A stretch of 63,997 nt of DNA, filler included, from Aduncisulcus paluster (taxonomy: Eukaryota), in the NCBI GenBank assembly GCA_024181965.1. It is 6 parts of 6 records of this genome, joined end to end, with 100 filler letters (N's around TTAATTAATTAA, not from the genome) between each part and the next. Parts side by side here need not be neighbours in the genome. Positions count along the whole stretch, not along the records: positions 1 to 7,822 come from BQXS01010963.1; positions 7,923 to 20,098 come from BQXS01010966.1; 4 more parts are not named here. One strand, 5' to 3'. The position numbers were made by a program, and so were the translations under genes. The notes beneath the pieces are model-generated. The model was not told where the DNA came from, did no database searches, and saw only the letters and a program-made list of their open reading frames with translations. Of this stretch, positions 1 to 10,900 are shown in pieces. Within the stretch, counting starts at the first letter, position 1. Each line of letters begins with the position of its first letter.

Positions 1-1373
1 GAAGGGAAAGTGCACTTTCCAGGAACTAAATCTGAACAAAATACACTTTCTGGAGATATTGATGACGAATTGGGTGAAATAAAGAACCCAGATGGTTCCA
101 CTGGATATATTCTTTCAAGAGATAAACGAGGGTTAGATGAATCCAGAAGTCCATCACATGAAAAATCAAGAGAGAGAGAAGGATAAGAAGATGTAGAAAA
201 TGATGAGATTGAGCGAGATGAGGAGGAGGAGGATGGAAATGGAACGTCTAAGTGTGAATGGTGAGAGTGGAATGTTGACGGGTGATGCATGGTGCCTTGC
301 AATGGGTGGAGATTATCATAATACGAGGGCTGGGAGGGCCCAAAAAGATCACTTCCTTGTCCAACTCCATCATAATGAGTGTAAATATGAGGAGAGTAGC
401 TTGGGAAACAGGGAGCCATATCATATCGGGAACTTCTTGGGTATGGGGCTGGAGGATGTCCGTGATGAGAGGAAGAATGAAGGTAGGGTTCACATGCAGC
501 TCTTTTCTGAGGAAATGAGAGCAAGGGAGGACATTGGTCTCGATCTGAATGCTGAATTGATGGAGAAAAATGAGAAACTCGTTTCTTTTCACGAATGATT
601 GATTTTTCTTGAACTGGACTAATGTCACCCCGACTTCTAAAAATAGATGATGATTCTATCTTTGGGAAAAGGATAGGATTGGAAGATTGACTCCGATCAG
701 AAGCAGAATACGATGGACGTGGCAAAGGAGTCTCACACATGCCTTCCTCATGATCAAGAGTTTGTTCCATATCGCATTCCTCGTCATCATGATCGGATAA
801 TAGGTGCATCTCAGGGATTCGTCCAAGAGGGGATTCAATCATCGCAAGAGAGTGTAAGGCTTCGCTGATATCACAATCAGTTGGATTCAAACCAGATTCA
901 CGAACTAGTTCGATAGATTTCTGTGTGACAGCTTCAAATTGTTTCTTTGTTTTGAGATTAAATATTTTGCATTTGATTTGGGTGGGACGACGGACAATAT
1001 CATCGTAGTATTTTTCATATAATTTCCACTTATTTGTAAGCCGGAAATGTAAAAAGGTAGCCATATTCACTTCGGCAGTTGTCCAGCACGAGTGTCTCCT
1101 TGAATTCCTTTTAGTTCTCTTTTTCTTTATACGACGTGTTGTTTTGTTTCCTTTACGCATAGAACGTTTGGATTTGGAAGGTTTTAATGGCTTTGAATGG
1201 ATTTTCTCAGAAAACTTCAAGACTGAAGAAGAAGTTGCCAATTCAGGGTTAGGTTCGGGATGAATTGATGATAAAACATTGGACTTGGAAGGATTTTTAG
1301 AAAGAGTAATGGTATTTTCAGACCTTGATGCGTGTTGAAAATAGGTAATTTCGGATGATAGATAACTCGCCAT
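1..1373 (-). CDS. Myb/SANT-like (telobox-like) DNA-binding domain protein, 3' end runs off the window
   Basis: Manual translation from ATG at 1373 (MASYLSSEITYFQ...) stays open to base 3 (>=457 codons). It is absent from the ORF track because no stop lies in the window. A basic tract (RRIKKKRTKRNSRR) is followed by HSCWTTAEVNMATFLHFRLTNKWKLYEKYYDDIVRRPTQIKCKIFNLKTK (about 951-1100), which has Myb-repeat W..W spacing and a telobox-like third helix. The rest is S/P/H-rich. Confidence 0.7.
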   Translation of the reverse strand, partial: MASYLSSEITYFQHASRSENTITLSKNPSKSNVLSSIHPEPNPELATSSSVLKFSEKIHSKPLKPSKSKRSMRKGNKTTRRIKKKRTKRNSRRHSCWTTAEVNMATFLHFRLTNKWKLYEKYYDDIVRRPTQIKCKIFNLKTKKQFEAVTQKSIELVRESGLNPTDCDISEALHSLAMIESPLGRIPEMHLLSDHDDEECDMEQTLDHEEGMCETPLPRPSYSASDRSQSSNPILFPKIESSSIFRSRGDISPVQEKSIIREKKRVSHFSPSIQHSDRDQCPPLLSFPQKRAACEPYLHSSSHHGHPPAPYPRSSRYDMAPCFPSYSPHIYTHYDGVGQGSDLFGPSQPSYYDNLHPLQGTMHHPSTFHSHHSHLDVPFPSSSSSSRSISSFSTSSYPSLSLDFSCDGLLDSSNPRLSLERIYPVEPSGFFISPNSSSISPESVFCSDLVPGKCTFP

Positions 1374-2078
1374 TCTACAAAGTAAATATTATAATTATTA
1401 TTAGTATAAAGTCACAAGGGAACACTAATCCTAATTCTAGAGATTACACTCTGGATATTACGTCAAAATAGACAAAAAGAAATGGCGTGATTCGTGACTC
1501 CCTGAATATTAATCAGGCAGAAGCACGTGGAAGATCTTCCTGAATATTTATAAGCGAGAAATAGATCTTCCATATGTTTGTGGATTTTCTCGATATTCTT
1601 TTTGCAAAAAATAAGTGTTTCGATGGATCCAAGTCATATCTCTTCACTTGAAAAAGAATGTTCATATTTAACCAATCATTTTATAACTAACAACATATTA
1701 ACTAATATTTATACATATTTCCCCATGTTAACATAAGAAAATCGCAGTATTCTGAAAATCGAGATACATTTACTTATATGACGGCAAAACTCTGCACTTG
1801 TGCGAAAAGAAATAAACAAAAACTTCCTTACACAAGGGTACATCATGTTGCACAATTATATATTCGTAGAGTATAGTGAGTTTCTATCAAGGTCAGAATG
1901 TCCTCATCGGTATTTATATTATTCGAGAGTAGAACAGCATTGTACAGTATAGTCGATGGACTCTATCTTGAAATCGGATATCAGATAAATCATCCATTAT
2001 TAAGCTCCAAAACAATATTTCAATTTCTAAATGTTATTATATTATAAATTAATATGAATAAATGGGGATATGTTTTCA

Positions 2079-3419
2079 TTATTTCTTTTTCTTTCCCTTT
2101 TTCTTCCCCTTTTTCCCTTTTTTCTTCAATGGTTTCTTCTTCTTCTTTGCAGCAGCCTTCTCAGCCGCTTCTCTTTCCCTGACAACATCAGAATCGGTGC
2201 TTTCCTCCTCGTATGAATGCGCAAAGAAGAGTGCGCCAAGGTCCTCGGCAACGACCATCTCGCGGGGAGTAGTAACGACAAAGATGAGGAATTCAACCAT
2301 ATCGGCAACTTTCTCATCGTCAAGCCACTTTCTCAGGGAGGACATGGCACAGTGGAGAGCAGGAACCAAGGGATAATAAGGATCTCCTGGGATTGGGTAA
2401 GGAGTTCCAGCAAGAACAGAGACGGCAATACGTTTATGTCCAGCCATCGTGGCGGCATGGAGAGCATTCGAATAACATTTGCGGAGGATGGAATTATCTT
2501 CCTCATCAGGAGGGCAGGCAAAGGCAACCTCTTTACAACATAAATCACCCATTCCCGGAACAATGGCAACTCCACCGGGACCAAGACCTTTTCCAGACAA
2601 TTTAAGTTCTTCCAGCAATCTTGGGCCAGCCAAATAGTGTACATGATCAGCTAAACTATTGCAATGTGGATCGAGATCAGCAGTCGTGGGAATAACAATC
2701 ATATCAACATCTAACTGTGTAATATCACCTGAACAAATCCATAATTTGGAGTTTAATTCCCGAGATGGTTCAAAATCTGGTACAATGTCACCAATATTGG
2801 CAAAATAAGAAAAATTTTCAATCGGAACGAAGTCCATCATTTTCTTTTCTGTTTCTTTAAGTATTTTCCTGACTCTTCTGATCCAAGGGACGGTTTTATA
2901 TTCTTTTAAAGCTGATTCAAGGGGAGGAAGAATTTCTTGGGTCGGAACAATGACCATTTTCTTTTTGGCAGCCTTTTTTCCTTTTTTACCCTTCTTTTTC
3001 CCTTTTTTCTTCTTTTTTCCTTTTTTCTTTTCTTCTCCTGCGCCTTCTATCTCTGTCTCTTGTTGGTCGGGAAGTAAATCAACACCACCTTCACTTGAGA
3101 GCTTACTTTCTCGCTTTGGCAATGATACTTCCATCCCAACTTTGGCAGCAGAACCGGGAGACATTGGAACTCCGAGGCCTTCTAAGGGAACTTGCGCTGT
3201 GGCCACGGTAGCCGATGGAGGATTCTGGGAATCTATTAAATCATCTTCTTGGCTATCATCACCTTCTTCACTCCCTTCATCGCCTTCATCGCCTTCGTCT
3301 CCTTCATCTCCATCATCAATCTCTTCTTCAAGAGCAGCGAGATCAGCATCACCATCATCTTCATCTTCTATCTCCATTTCTCCATCCAAATCACCTATAT
3401 TATCATCATTTTCCGACAT
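2079..3419 (-). CDS. Macrodomain protein (MacroD/GDAP2-like fold) with an acidic N-terminus and two Lys-rich tracts
   Basis: ELNSKLWICSGDITQLDVDMIV, VHYLAGPRLLEEL and LRKCYSNALHAA..KRIAV match macrodomain motifs. The NAAN and GGG motifs are replaced by IPTT and HCNS. Confidence 0.8.
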   Translation of the reverse strand: MSENDDNIGDLDGEMEIEDEDDGDADLAALEEEIDDGDEGDEGDEGDEGSEEGDDSQEDDLIDSQNPPSATVATAQVPLEGLGVPMSPGSAAKVGMEVSLPKRESKLSSEGGVDLLPDQQETEIEGAGEEKKKGKKKKKGKKKGKKGKKAAKKKMVIVPTQEILPPLESALKEYKTVPWIRRVRKILKETEKKMMDFVPIENFSYFANIGDIVPDFEPSRELNSKLWICSGDITQLDVDMIVIPTTADLDPHCNSLADHVHYLAGPRLLEELKLSGKGLGPGGVAIVPGMGDLCCKEVAFACPPDEEDNSILRKCYSNALHAATMAGHKRIAVSVLAGTPYPIPGDPYYPLVPALHCAMSSLRKWLDDEKVADMVEFLIFVVTTPREMVVAEDLGALFFAHSYEEESTDSDVVREREAAEKAAAKKKKKPLKKKGKKGKKKGKKKK

Positions 3420-3609
3420 TATTATGATATACTTCTATTTATCGTGAAAATTTTTTTTTGTGAAGTTGATTTATGACTCGAAAACACCAATTCCAAGGTC
3501 GCGCCCAACCGTGAATTTCCAGCCATTCCTCTCGTGAAGGTTTTTTTGACGATTGTTTTTCTGGTTTGATTCGCCACAAATATATAATTTTGCGATATAA
3601 GTATTATAT

Positions 3610-5034
3610 ATGTCTTTAGTCCATCGAACACACTTTGGTATCTTCGGAAGAGTCAATCAAGGGAAAAGTACCCTAATGAATGCTCTCACGCAACAAGAAA
3701 CATCAATTATTGATTCAACAGCTGGTACTACAGCAGATGTAAAGATATCACACATGCAATTGCATAAATTTGGACCCTCAAAGCTTTTCGATACAGCTGG
3801 GTTGGATGAAATTGGAATTCTCGGTGAAAAAAAGAAAAAGGTCACTTTAGACACATTGAAACAATCAGATGTTGCCTTTATTGTTGTTGGAGCTGGGAAT
3901 GAACAGTGTTTCATGGATGATTTTGCCGTTGAGCGAGATATTATTAAAACTGCAGAAAAACTTAATAAGCGTATTGTTTTCATTGTAAATGAAGTATCTT
4001 CAACATCTGATGTCCAAAAGGCCCTTTCTTCTACGTCTATGCTCCCTTCTTGGATTTCCAAATCTATTTCGTCGCTTCACCAGGGAACTAAGTTTGAGGA
4101 TGCCATTAAATCCCGCTTTCCCACTTACCCAATTCTACGTATTAACCTCACAACAAAAGAATCTGGTCATGAAATTTGCCAATTCATTGAAAAAAATCTT
4201 GGCGTCGAATTCAAATCAAAGATTCCTTCCATTCTTCCTCCATTCTTATCTTCTCTCGCATCTTCTTTCCATGAACTCCATGATCACTCTGTTTTGATGA
4301 ATATTCCAATGGACGATGAAACTCCTCAGGCCCGTCTTCTTAGGCCTCAAGCTATGACCCAAGAGGAGTGTCTCAGAAGATATATATCAACATATGCGTT
4401 TAGAATGGACCTAACTCGTGGAAGAAAACAAATGGCTCTCAAGAAGGAAGGAAAGTTTGTTGAAGAAGATGAAAAGAAGAGATTTCAAGACATTATTCTC
4501 CAAACAAAGCCTTCATTAGTCGTCACCGATAGCCAAGCCATTGATTTGGTTCTTCCTTGGATGAGTGAGACTCCTGATCTTCGTGATGTCAAAGTGACCA
4601 CATTCTCAATTGCCATGGCCAATTTAATGAGTGGAGGAAGATTGGACGTCTTTATGGAGGGATTGAAACAGATTCATAAACTTTCTTCTGCCTCCAAAGT
4701 CCTAGTTCTTGAAGCTTGTAACCATGATCGTCTGACTACCATATGCGATGACATAGGGACCGTCCAAATTCCAAGAGAACTTAATAAGATGGCTCCGGGT
4801 ATTACCATCGATCATGCTTTTGGGAGGGTTTTTCCATCTGAGAAATTAGCTGAATATGATCTTGCCATTCATTGTGGAGGTTGTTTCCTAACTCCCCAGA
4901 CAATGACTCAACGGATCGTTGAATTGGAAGAAGCGGGTGTGCCTCTAACGAATTATGGTCTGTTTTTAGGGATGGCAAGAGCTCCAAAGATGATAAAAAG
5001 AATCACCGATCCATGGGAAATAGAAATAGAATAA
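3610..5034 (+). CDS. hydF: [FeFe]-hydrogenase H-cluster maturation GTPase HydF
   Basis: P-loop GRVNQGKS, GTT, DTAG, TDSQA and TTFSI are present, plus the Fe-S motif CNH-x48-HCGGC and a C-terminal TNYG. 474 aa, intronless. Confidence 0.95.
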   Translation: MSLVHRTHFGIFGRVNQGKSTLMNALTQQETSIIDSTAGTTADVKISHMQLHKFGPSKLFDTAGLDEIGILGEKKKKVTLDTLKQSDVAFIVVGAGNEQCFMDDFAVERDIIKTAEKLNKRIVFIVNEVSSTSDVQKALSSTSMLPSWISKSISSLHQGTKFEDAIKSRFPTYPILRINLTTKESGHEICQFIEKNLGVEFKSKIPSILPPFLSSLASSFHELHDHSVLMNIPMDDETPQARLLRPQAMTQEECLRRYISTYAFRMDLTRGRKQMALKKEGKFVEEDEKKRFQDIILQTKPSLVVTDSQAIDLVLPWMSETPDLRDVKVTTFSIAMANLMSGGRLDVFMEGLKQIHKLSSASKVLVLEACNHDRLTTICDDIGTVQIPRELNKMAPGITIDHAFGRVFPSEKLAEYDLAIHCGGCFLTPQTMTQRIVELEEAGVPLTNYGLFLGMARAPKMIKRITDPWEIEIE

Positions 5035-5182
5035 TGGAAATATTGGAATAAATTCATACTTACTAAACATGATTTTACTGCAATTTATGCATGGGCAATC
5101 GAAATAAAGAAAAGAGATTATCAAAAAGTGGTTCTTTCTTGACCTCTTTTGGATATCATTTAAATTTTATACGTTATTTTGA

Positions 5183-7814
5183 ATGGGTATGTTATAATAA
5201 GATTATTTAAACTTAAATTCTGCAATAATGCTTACGTTTCGTGGTGTTATTTCCTTTAGGACATAGCAGACTCAAAAAGTGGAGGAAAGACTTGGAAGAA
5301 GAATACAAAACAATCATAAAATCACATTCAACCTCAATTATACCTGATGTAATCGAGTCTTTTCAAAATTCTAAGTATGGGAGTATCGAAATACATCTGA
5401 CTAATCCGGATAACCATATTACCTTAAGCAAAATTAAGGCATTATCTCAATTTATATGTGATCATATTGTCGATATCTCAAAAGTTGAATTAAAACGTCA
5501 GAAAATATCTTCTGATCTTCTCCAAATTCTTTTGATTTCTGTTTCATCTATTCCCGAAGGATTGAACTATTCTCCTGTACAATCTTTGATCCTTGATCAT
5601 TGTGATATGGATCATAGATGTGGAGAGATTATTTCCCAGATGCTAGAAGCTGAATCCTGCAATCTAGCTTCTCTATTCCTTCCTGGTAATCCTCGTCTCA
5701 CTTCTGGAGCCATATCTATTCTAAACGCATTGCCACCATCTCTAACATCCCTTGATCTCTCTGATTGCGGTCTTTCTTCCTCCGTATGGGTTGTTCTGGG
5801 AGAATTACTCCAAATCAACACAAATCTCCTCGAACTCAAACTTGATCGCAATAATCTCTCCATTTTAACCCAAAAGGGCAAAGAGATGAGCTATTTCCTT
5901 GTGTTTGCTCAGAGTCTGACATCACCCTTTTGTTCTCTTGAGAAACTCTCTCTCAAACAATGTCACATATCTGGGAGATGTGGAATTATACTCAGAGAGG
6001 CCTTTCTGTTAGCCAAGAAGGGGGAGATGGATCGTGAAACGAGAAGACGTAATAGACACGAAGAATCCTTGAAGAAATCTGATGAGAAGCCATCGCTTCA
6101 CTTGACTCGTCTCCAAGATGGGCCTGAGCAGATCTCTGACACTGGTGACATGATGAGTGGATCTTTTGAGTACGAAGAGCATGATCTGGTCGATATAACC
6201 CCAGATGAGTCCAAGTCTGAGGATGATAAGGAAGACAATGAGGATGGAGGTGCATTCGATAGGGAGAAACTGGATGATATTCCAAGGCATTTTCCAAGAG
6301 GATGTTCCTTGAAGGATCTTGATGTGAGTTTTAACAACTTTAGTCACCATCTAAAAAAAGATATTGAGAATATTGTGATGAAAGGTGAGCAAATTGACCC
6401 ATTATATTACGAGAAATTGAAAAAGAAGGCGAAGCAGGATGCTCGTCAACGGAAAGACTCTTCGCCTGTCTCTCTGACCGAGTTAAGATCAACTCGCTGG
6501 TCGTATGGTGTGAAGAGCTCTGGGAGTGGGAATACTTCTGGATTCGCGCCTTCTTCTTCTCACTCCCCCAAAATTAGAACCCCCAAAAGACGAACTCCGA
6601 GATCTTCGAAGTTTGGTAAACATCCCCCTGCTTCACCCCATCCTCTCCCCCTACCTTCTCCTCCAATCCATTTGGGATCATCCTCTTCCAAACCAGCCAA
6701 GAGTCCTCTTCAAACGTCACTTGTCCGTAGATCTCCCAAAGCCCCCAAACATCATCATGCACTCATTACTGAGAAAGCAGAGAGAGCAGAGAAAGCAGAG
6801 AGAGGAGAGAGAGCAGAGAGAGGAGAGAAGAAGGTGGACAAGGTAGGAGTTGACTCGAATTCTACCTTCCCCACTTTATGCAAGAAGTATAAGGATTTGA
6901 TATTTGCTGCTTCGAGCGAGTCTAATCCTCTTGCAAGAACTATATTACAGGGTATCAGGGACTTTAAAAGTATGCAAGTTGTCCAGACAGATAATGAAAG
7001 ACTAAAAAAGGAACAAGAAAGGACTTTGGAAGAATTTGAAAGGATAAAAAAAGAGAATGAAACGTTATATTTACAGGTTGCTGAATTGCAAAAACGCTGC
7101 TCAAAAATATCCGACACTACCGATTCTGGTCGTAAGGAGGATGTTCCAAAAATAGATCATATTGAGAAAGAAGATGATGATGATGAAGGAGGCTGGAGAG
7201 AAGAGGCTGAACTCTCTGCTAAGAAGATTAGTGAACAGGCTAAAGAGATATCGAATCTCAAGAAGTCTCTTGCCCATACCTCTAAAATTGTAAAGAACAT
7301 GAAGTTAGAAGCTGAGAGGAACAACAAAATTAACTCCTTCCTCAAAAATAGATTGTCTGAAGAGATGAGTAACTTCCAGAGTGAAAAGGATAGTCTTCGA
7401 GATGAGATTGACAAGTTGAAACGAAAATGTAGATACGCAGCAGAAGAAGAAGAGGAGGAGAGAGAAGAAGAAGAGGAGGAGGAGGAAGAAGGTGGTTGGG
7501 ATGACATTCTTGGAGAAGACGGTGAAGATCAAGATGCAATTCGTACTCTATATGTTGATTCAAGGGAAGGAGAGAGAGGAGAGAGAGAGGAAGAGGAAGA
7601 AGAGGAAGAGGAAGAAGAGGACAGGGGAGAAGAAGAGGAGGAAGAATTGATCGATGAAATAGAGATGGGTGGAGAGGGGATTGTTGAGGATGAATTTGAT
7701 TCAACTCCCTTGAAACGGTGCATTTCTGATCAAAGTATACCTTTCCATTCCAGCAATCTTACTCTAGATGAATTGGCTGAAACTGATCTAACGATAAAGG
7801 ACATTCATAATTAA
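5183..7814 (+). CDS. RNI-like leucine-rich repeat protein with an S/P-rich linker, coiled coil and acidic tail (predicted exons 5183-5186 and 5260-7814)
   Basis: LRR consensus in LTSLDLSDCGL, LLELKLDRNNL, LEKLSLKQCHI and LKDLDVSFNNF. Splicing a GTATGT..TTTAG intron (5187-5259) puts the ATG at 5183 in frame, giving MGHSRLKK..., 852 aa. Confidence 0.75.
5187..5259 (+). other. Predicted 73-nt spliceosomal intron
   Basis: GTATGT donor, AT-rich interior and TTCCTTTAG acceptor. The phase-1 junction G|GA restores the frame and supplies a start ATG. Confidence 0.7.
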
Positions 7815-7822
7815 TCCACAAA

Positions 7823-7922
7823 NNNNNNNNNNNNNNNNNNNNNNNNNNNNNNNNNNNNNNNNNNNNTTAATTAATTAANNNNNNNNNNNNNNNNNNNNNN
7901 NNNNNNNNNNNNNNNNNNNNNN
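7823..7922. other. Artificial contig-joining spacer (N44-TTAATTAATTAA-N44)
   Basis: A six-frame stop linker embedded in Ns, identical to the other four spacers. Confidence 0.97.
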
Positions 7923-10900
7923 CCACCACCTTTCATGCCCATTGGCTCTGTTCTATTCTCCTTCCTTCCTTCTCCATCCAAAACGACTCCCATTCCTCCC
8001 ATTCCACCTATTCTAGATGCTCAAGAAGTGTCTTCATGTTTTGCTGGACCCAACGGACTTTCCAGCCTCTTTAAGAAGACAACTCCTGACATTTTGGTCG
8101 CTTGGATCATCCAGATGCTTGAGGAAGGGCGAATCGACACGAGGGACGTTGAGTATGAGTGTAAATGGGAGGCTATTTTTAGAAATGAGCGTGAGAAAGC
8201 AAAGGCCATGAGACTTAAGGTTCTTTCTGAAACTTCTATTGATAATGAGATCACAAGTCCAACTTCTCTTTCACGTGGTTATGTTAAGCTGGACGTTAAG
8301 AATGTCCACAGATGGATGTACAGGGGGGGATCCTGGGTCAAGAATAGTCAACATTATCCCTGTATTAATGAAACTCAGGGATGTACGTGTCCTATTGAAT
8401 CTCATAGTACTCCATACCCGCTGTCCGTTTCCTTGCCTGAGATGAGGATATGTGATGTTCCAATAACAGAACCATCAACATCAACTGAACAACATGAGGC
8501 CTCAATGCAGTCACCAATGAAACAAATGGATCTAGATGACCCTTCGAATGCTCTGAATAATATTGGATATCTTCGAGATCCTTTCACCTCAAATATACCC
8601 GCACTTCATGTGGTCTATCACAGAATGAGTGCAGTGGTTCGGGATTCTATGCCTACATTCAGGAGTAGACCGCTTGAGGAAGCCGTGTATGCTTCATCTC
8701 ACTTGTTTGCTCATCCGATGTGTTATAGTTCATCGATGCAAGATGCTGTGTGGTGGTTTAAGGAAGGACAGGCAAGGGAGAGAAGCCGTCGACAAGATGT
8801 GAGGAGAGTGGTCGAAACACGAATTAAGCTTGTTCAGGAGTTAATCGAGATTTTTAGAGGCTCTCAACAAAATGTCCAAGCATGCACCGTTGCACCCTTC
8901 ATAAACATGCTTAACGTCCTTCAGATGCCTCTTATTACTCCGTCTACTCCCTTCCACACAATCTCCCCCTTTACCCTTCAAGAGCTTCCTCCCATTACTC
9001 CTTCCGAGCACTCTGCAATTATGGTCAACCTGAGTTCATTTTTACATGTTGTCAGTGCCATGAATGTGAAACAATTCACCCAAATGTACTTTGCTTATTG
9101 TGTTGGTGATGATCTGGTGAATGAAATGCGCAGAGAAGGAGAGAGAGAGTTTTTTATCATGAGGGAACAGATGCAAAAGTCTTCTATCACTAAGAAATCT
9201 GAGGTAAAGTCCTCATCCTCAACGTCAATCTCTTCAAAGAGTAAGAACAAAGGTGCATCTAATCGTTTCGATGGCTCTTATGATCAACTGATAAGGAGTG
9301 GTGTGTGGTTAGGAGATCCGAGGAATCTTCATAAGAATGAACTCTCTCCTCTTTCTCCTCCTCCTGGAGATGATATGATAGAAACACCCTCCTCATCCGC
9401 TGTTTGTCCAGATAATTCCATGGTTTCAAGTGATGATGTGTCCTATGATAGTGATGGTAATCCCATGATTGTTGATGACATCTTGTTATCCCATCTCGAC
9501 TTCTCTCAATTCTGGGTGCAATCTCTTCTCTCCACCCAGACATGTTACTCAAGAAGCTCATGCATTAACCCCATTCTCTCTCCTTTCTTCCCCATATTCT
9601 TACCCTGTGAAGCATTCAGTATCCTTAACTCATTCCTTCTCTACCCTCCTCTATATTCTCTTACTTTGTCTCACATACACAGAGAAGCCCAGGCTGGATG
9701 GATAGGGTCGTACGTGGCTTCATACGAGGATGGATCTCTCTCTGAACAGAGGAAACAACACACTGCTGAGTGGAAACACTTGGACGAAGCATACAAATCC
9801 TTCTGTGAAGATGCTGAGAATTCCATATCAGAGTATCTGAAGATGTTTAGAGCTCTCGATGGCAAGAAGAACGAATATTACATGGCTAAATATGAACTTT
9901 CTCAATTGGAGGAGATTAGACAGCAAGAACAGGAAGAGGGCGGCGAATCTGGAGACAAGAAGTCGCCCAATGATCTTAAAAGGTTGAGAAGAGAGAGGAA
10001 TAAGCTCGTTTCGAAGATTGACAAGCTCAAGAAGGTCGGGGATAAAGAAACAGAAAAGCTCCGAATGCATCAGAACTCATGTAATAAGAAATTATTGCGA
10101 TTAATGAGAGAAATGAAGACTTCCAGTGAGGAAAGACAGAAAACTCGGATTGAGGACCGTTCTAAATTTATCCAAACAATATCCTCGAGTCAAAAATGGC
10201 GTAAGAGAGCCATTGAAGATGAAACCGAGTGGACTACAATGCTCGTATCGTCTTCATTTGGTTCTTATTCTGACCCCTCTTCCATGGTTTCATTCNNNNN
10301 NNNNNNNNNNNNNNNAATGATCTTAAAAGGTTGAGAAGAGAGAGGAATAAGCTCGTGTCGAAGATTGACAAGCTCAAGAAGGTCGGGGATAAAGAAACAG
10401 AAAAGCTCCGAATGCATCAGAACTCATGTAATAAGAAATTATTGCGATTAATGAGAGAAATGAAGACTTCCAGTGAGGAAAGACAGAAAACTCGGATTGA
10501 GGACCGTTCTAAATTTATCCAAACAATATCCTCGAGTCAAAAATGGCGTAAGAGAGCCATTGAAGATGAAACCGAGTGGACTACAATGCTCGTATCGTCT
10601 TCATTTGGTTCTTATTCTGACCCCTCTTCCATGGTTTCATTCAAAGGATTATCTAATGAATCTCAATGTGGTGAATCTCAATGCAGTGAACAAGAGAAAG
10701 GGAGCCACAGTCTTGGCAAACTCAATGATGATGTGCAGACACAAGCATCCACATGTGTTGAAAATACTCCTTCCTATCCTCTTCCTCCTGCTCTTCCTCT
10801 TCTTTTGAAGTCTAAGCCTTGTGATTGCCCTCCACCCTCAAACTCTAAGCGAGCCTCTGTCCTATCTGCTGGGTTATGTGGGCTCATCTGTCGGTCGTTG

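Noticed and set aside
1-916. Plus-strand coding-like frames with in-frame TAA/TGA suggesting stop-codon reassignment
   Set aside because: They are shadows of the Ser-rich minus-strand ORF. Conserved genes here end in TAA, TAG or TGA and have no internal stops.
1484-1572. Short palindromes and repeats (CCTGAATATT twice, GAAGATCTTC, CACGTG) upstream of the Myb-like gene
   Set aside because: They are too short to distinguish from chance without comparative data.
3610-5034. hydF as bacterial contamination
   Set aside because: It shares a contig and base composition with eukaryotic-type Myb-like and intron-containing LRR genes, and has no operon context.
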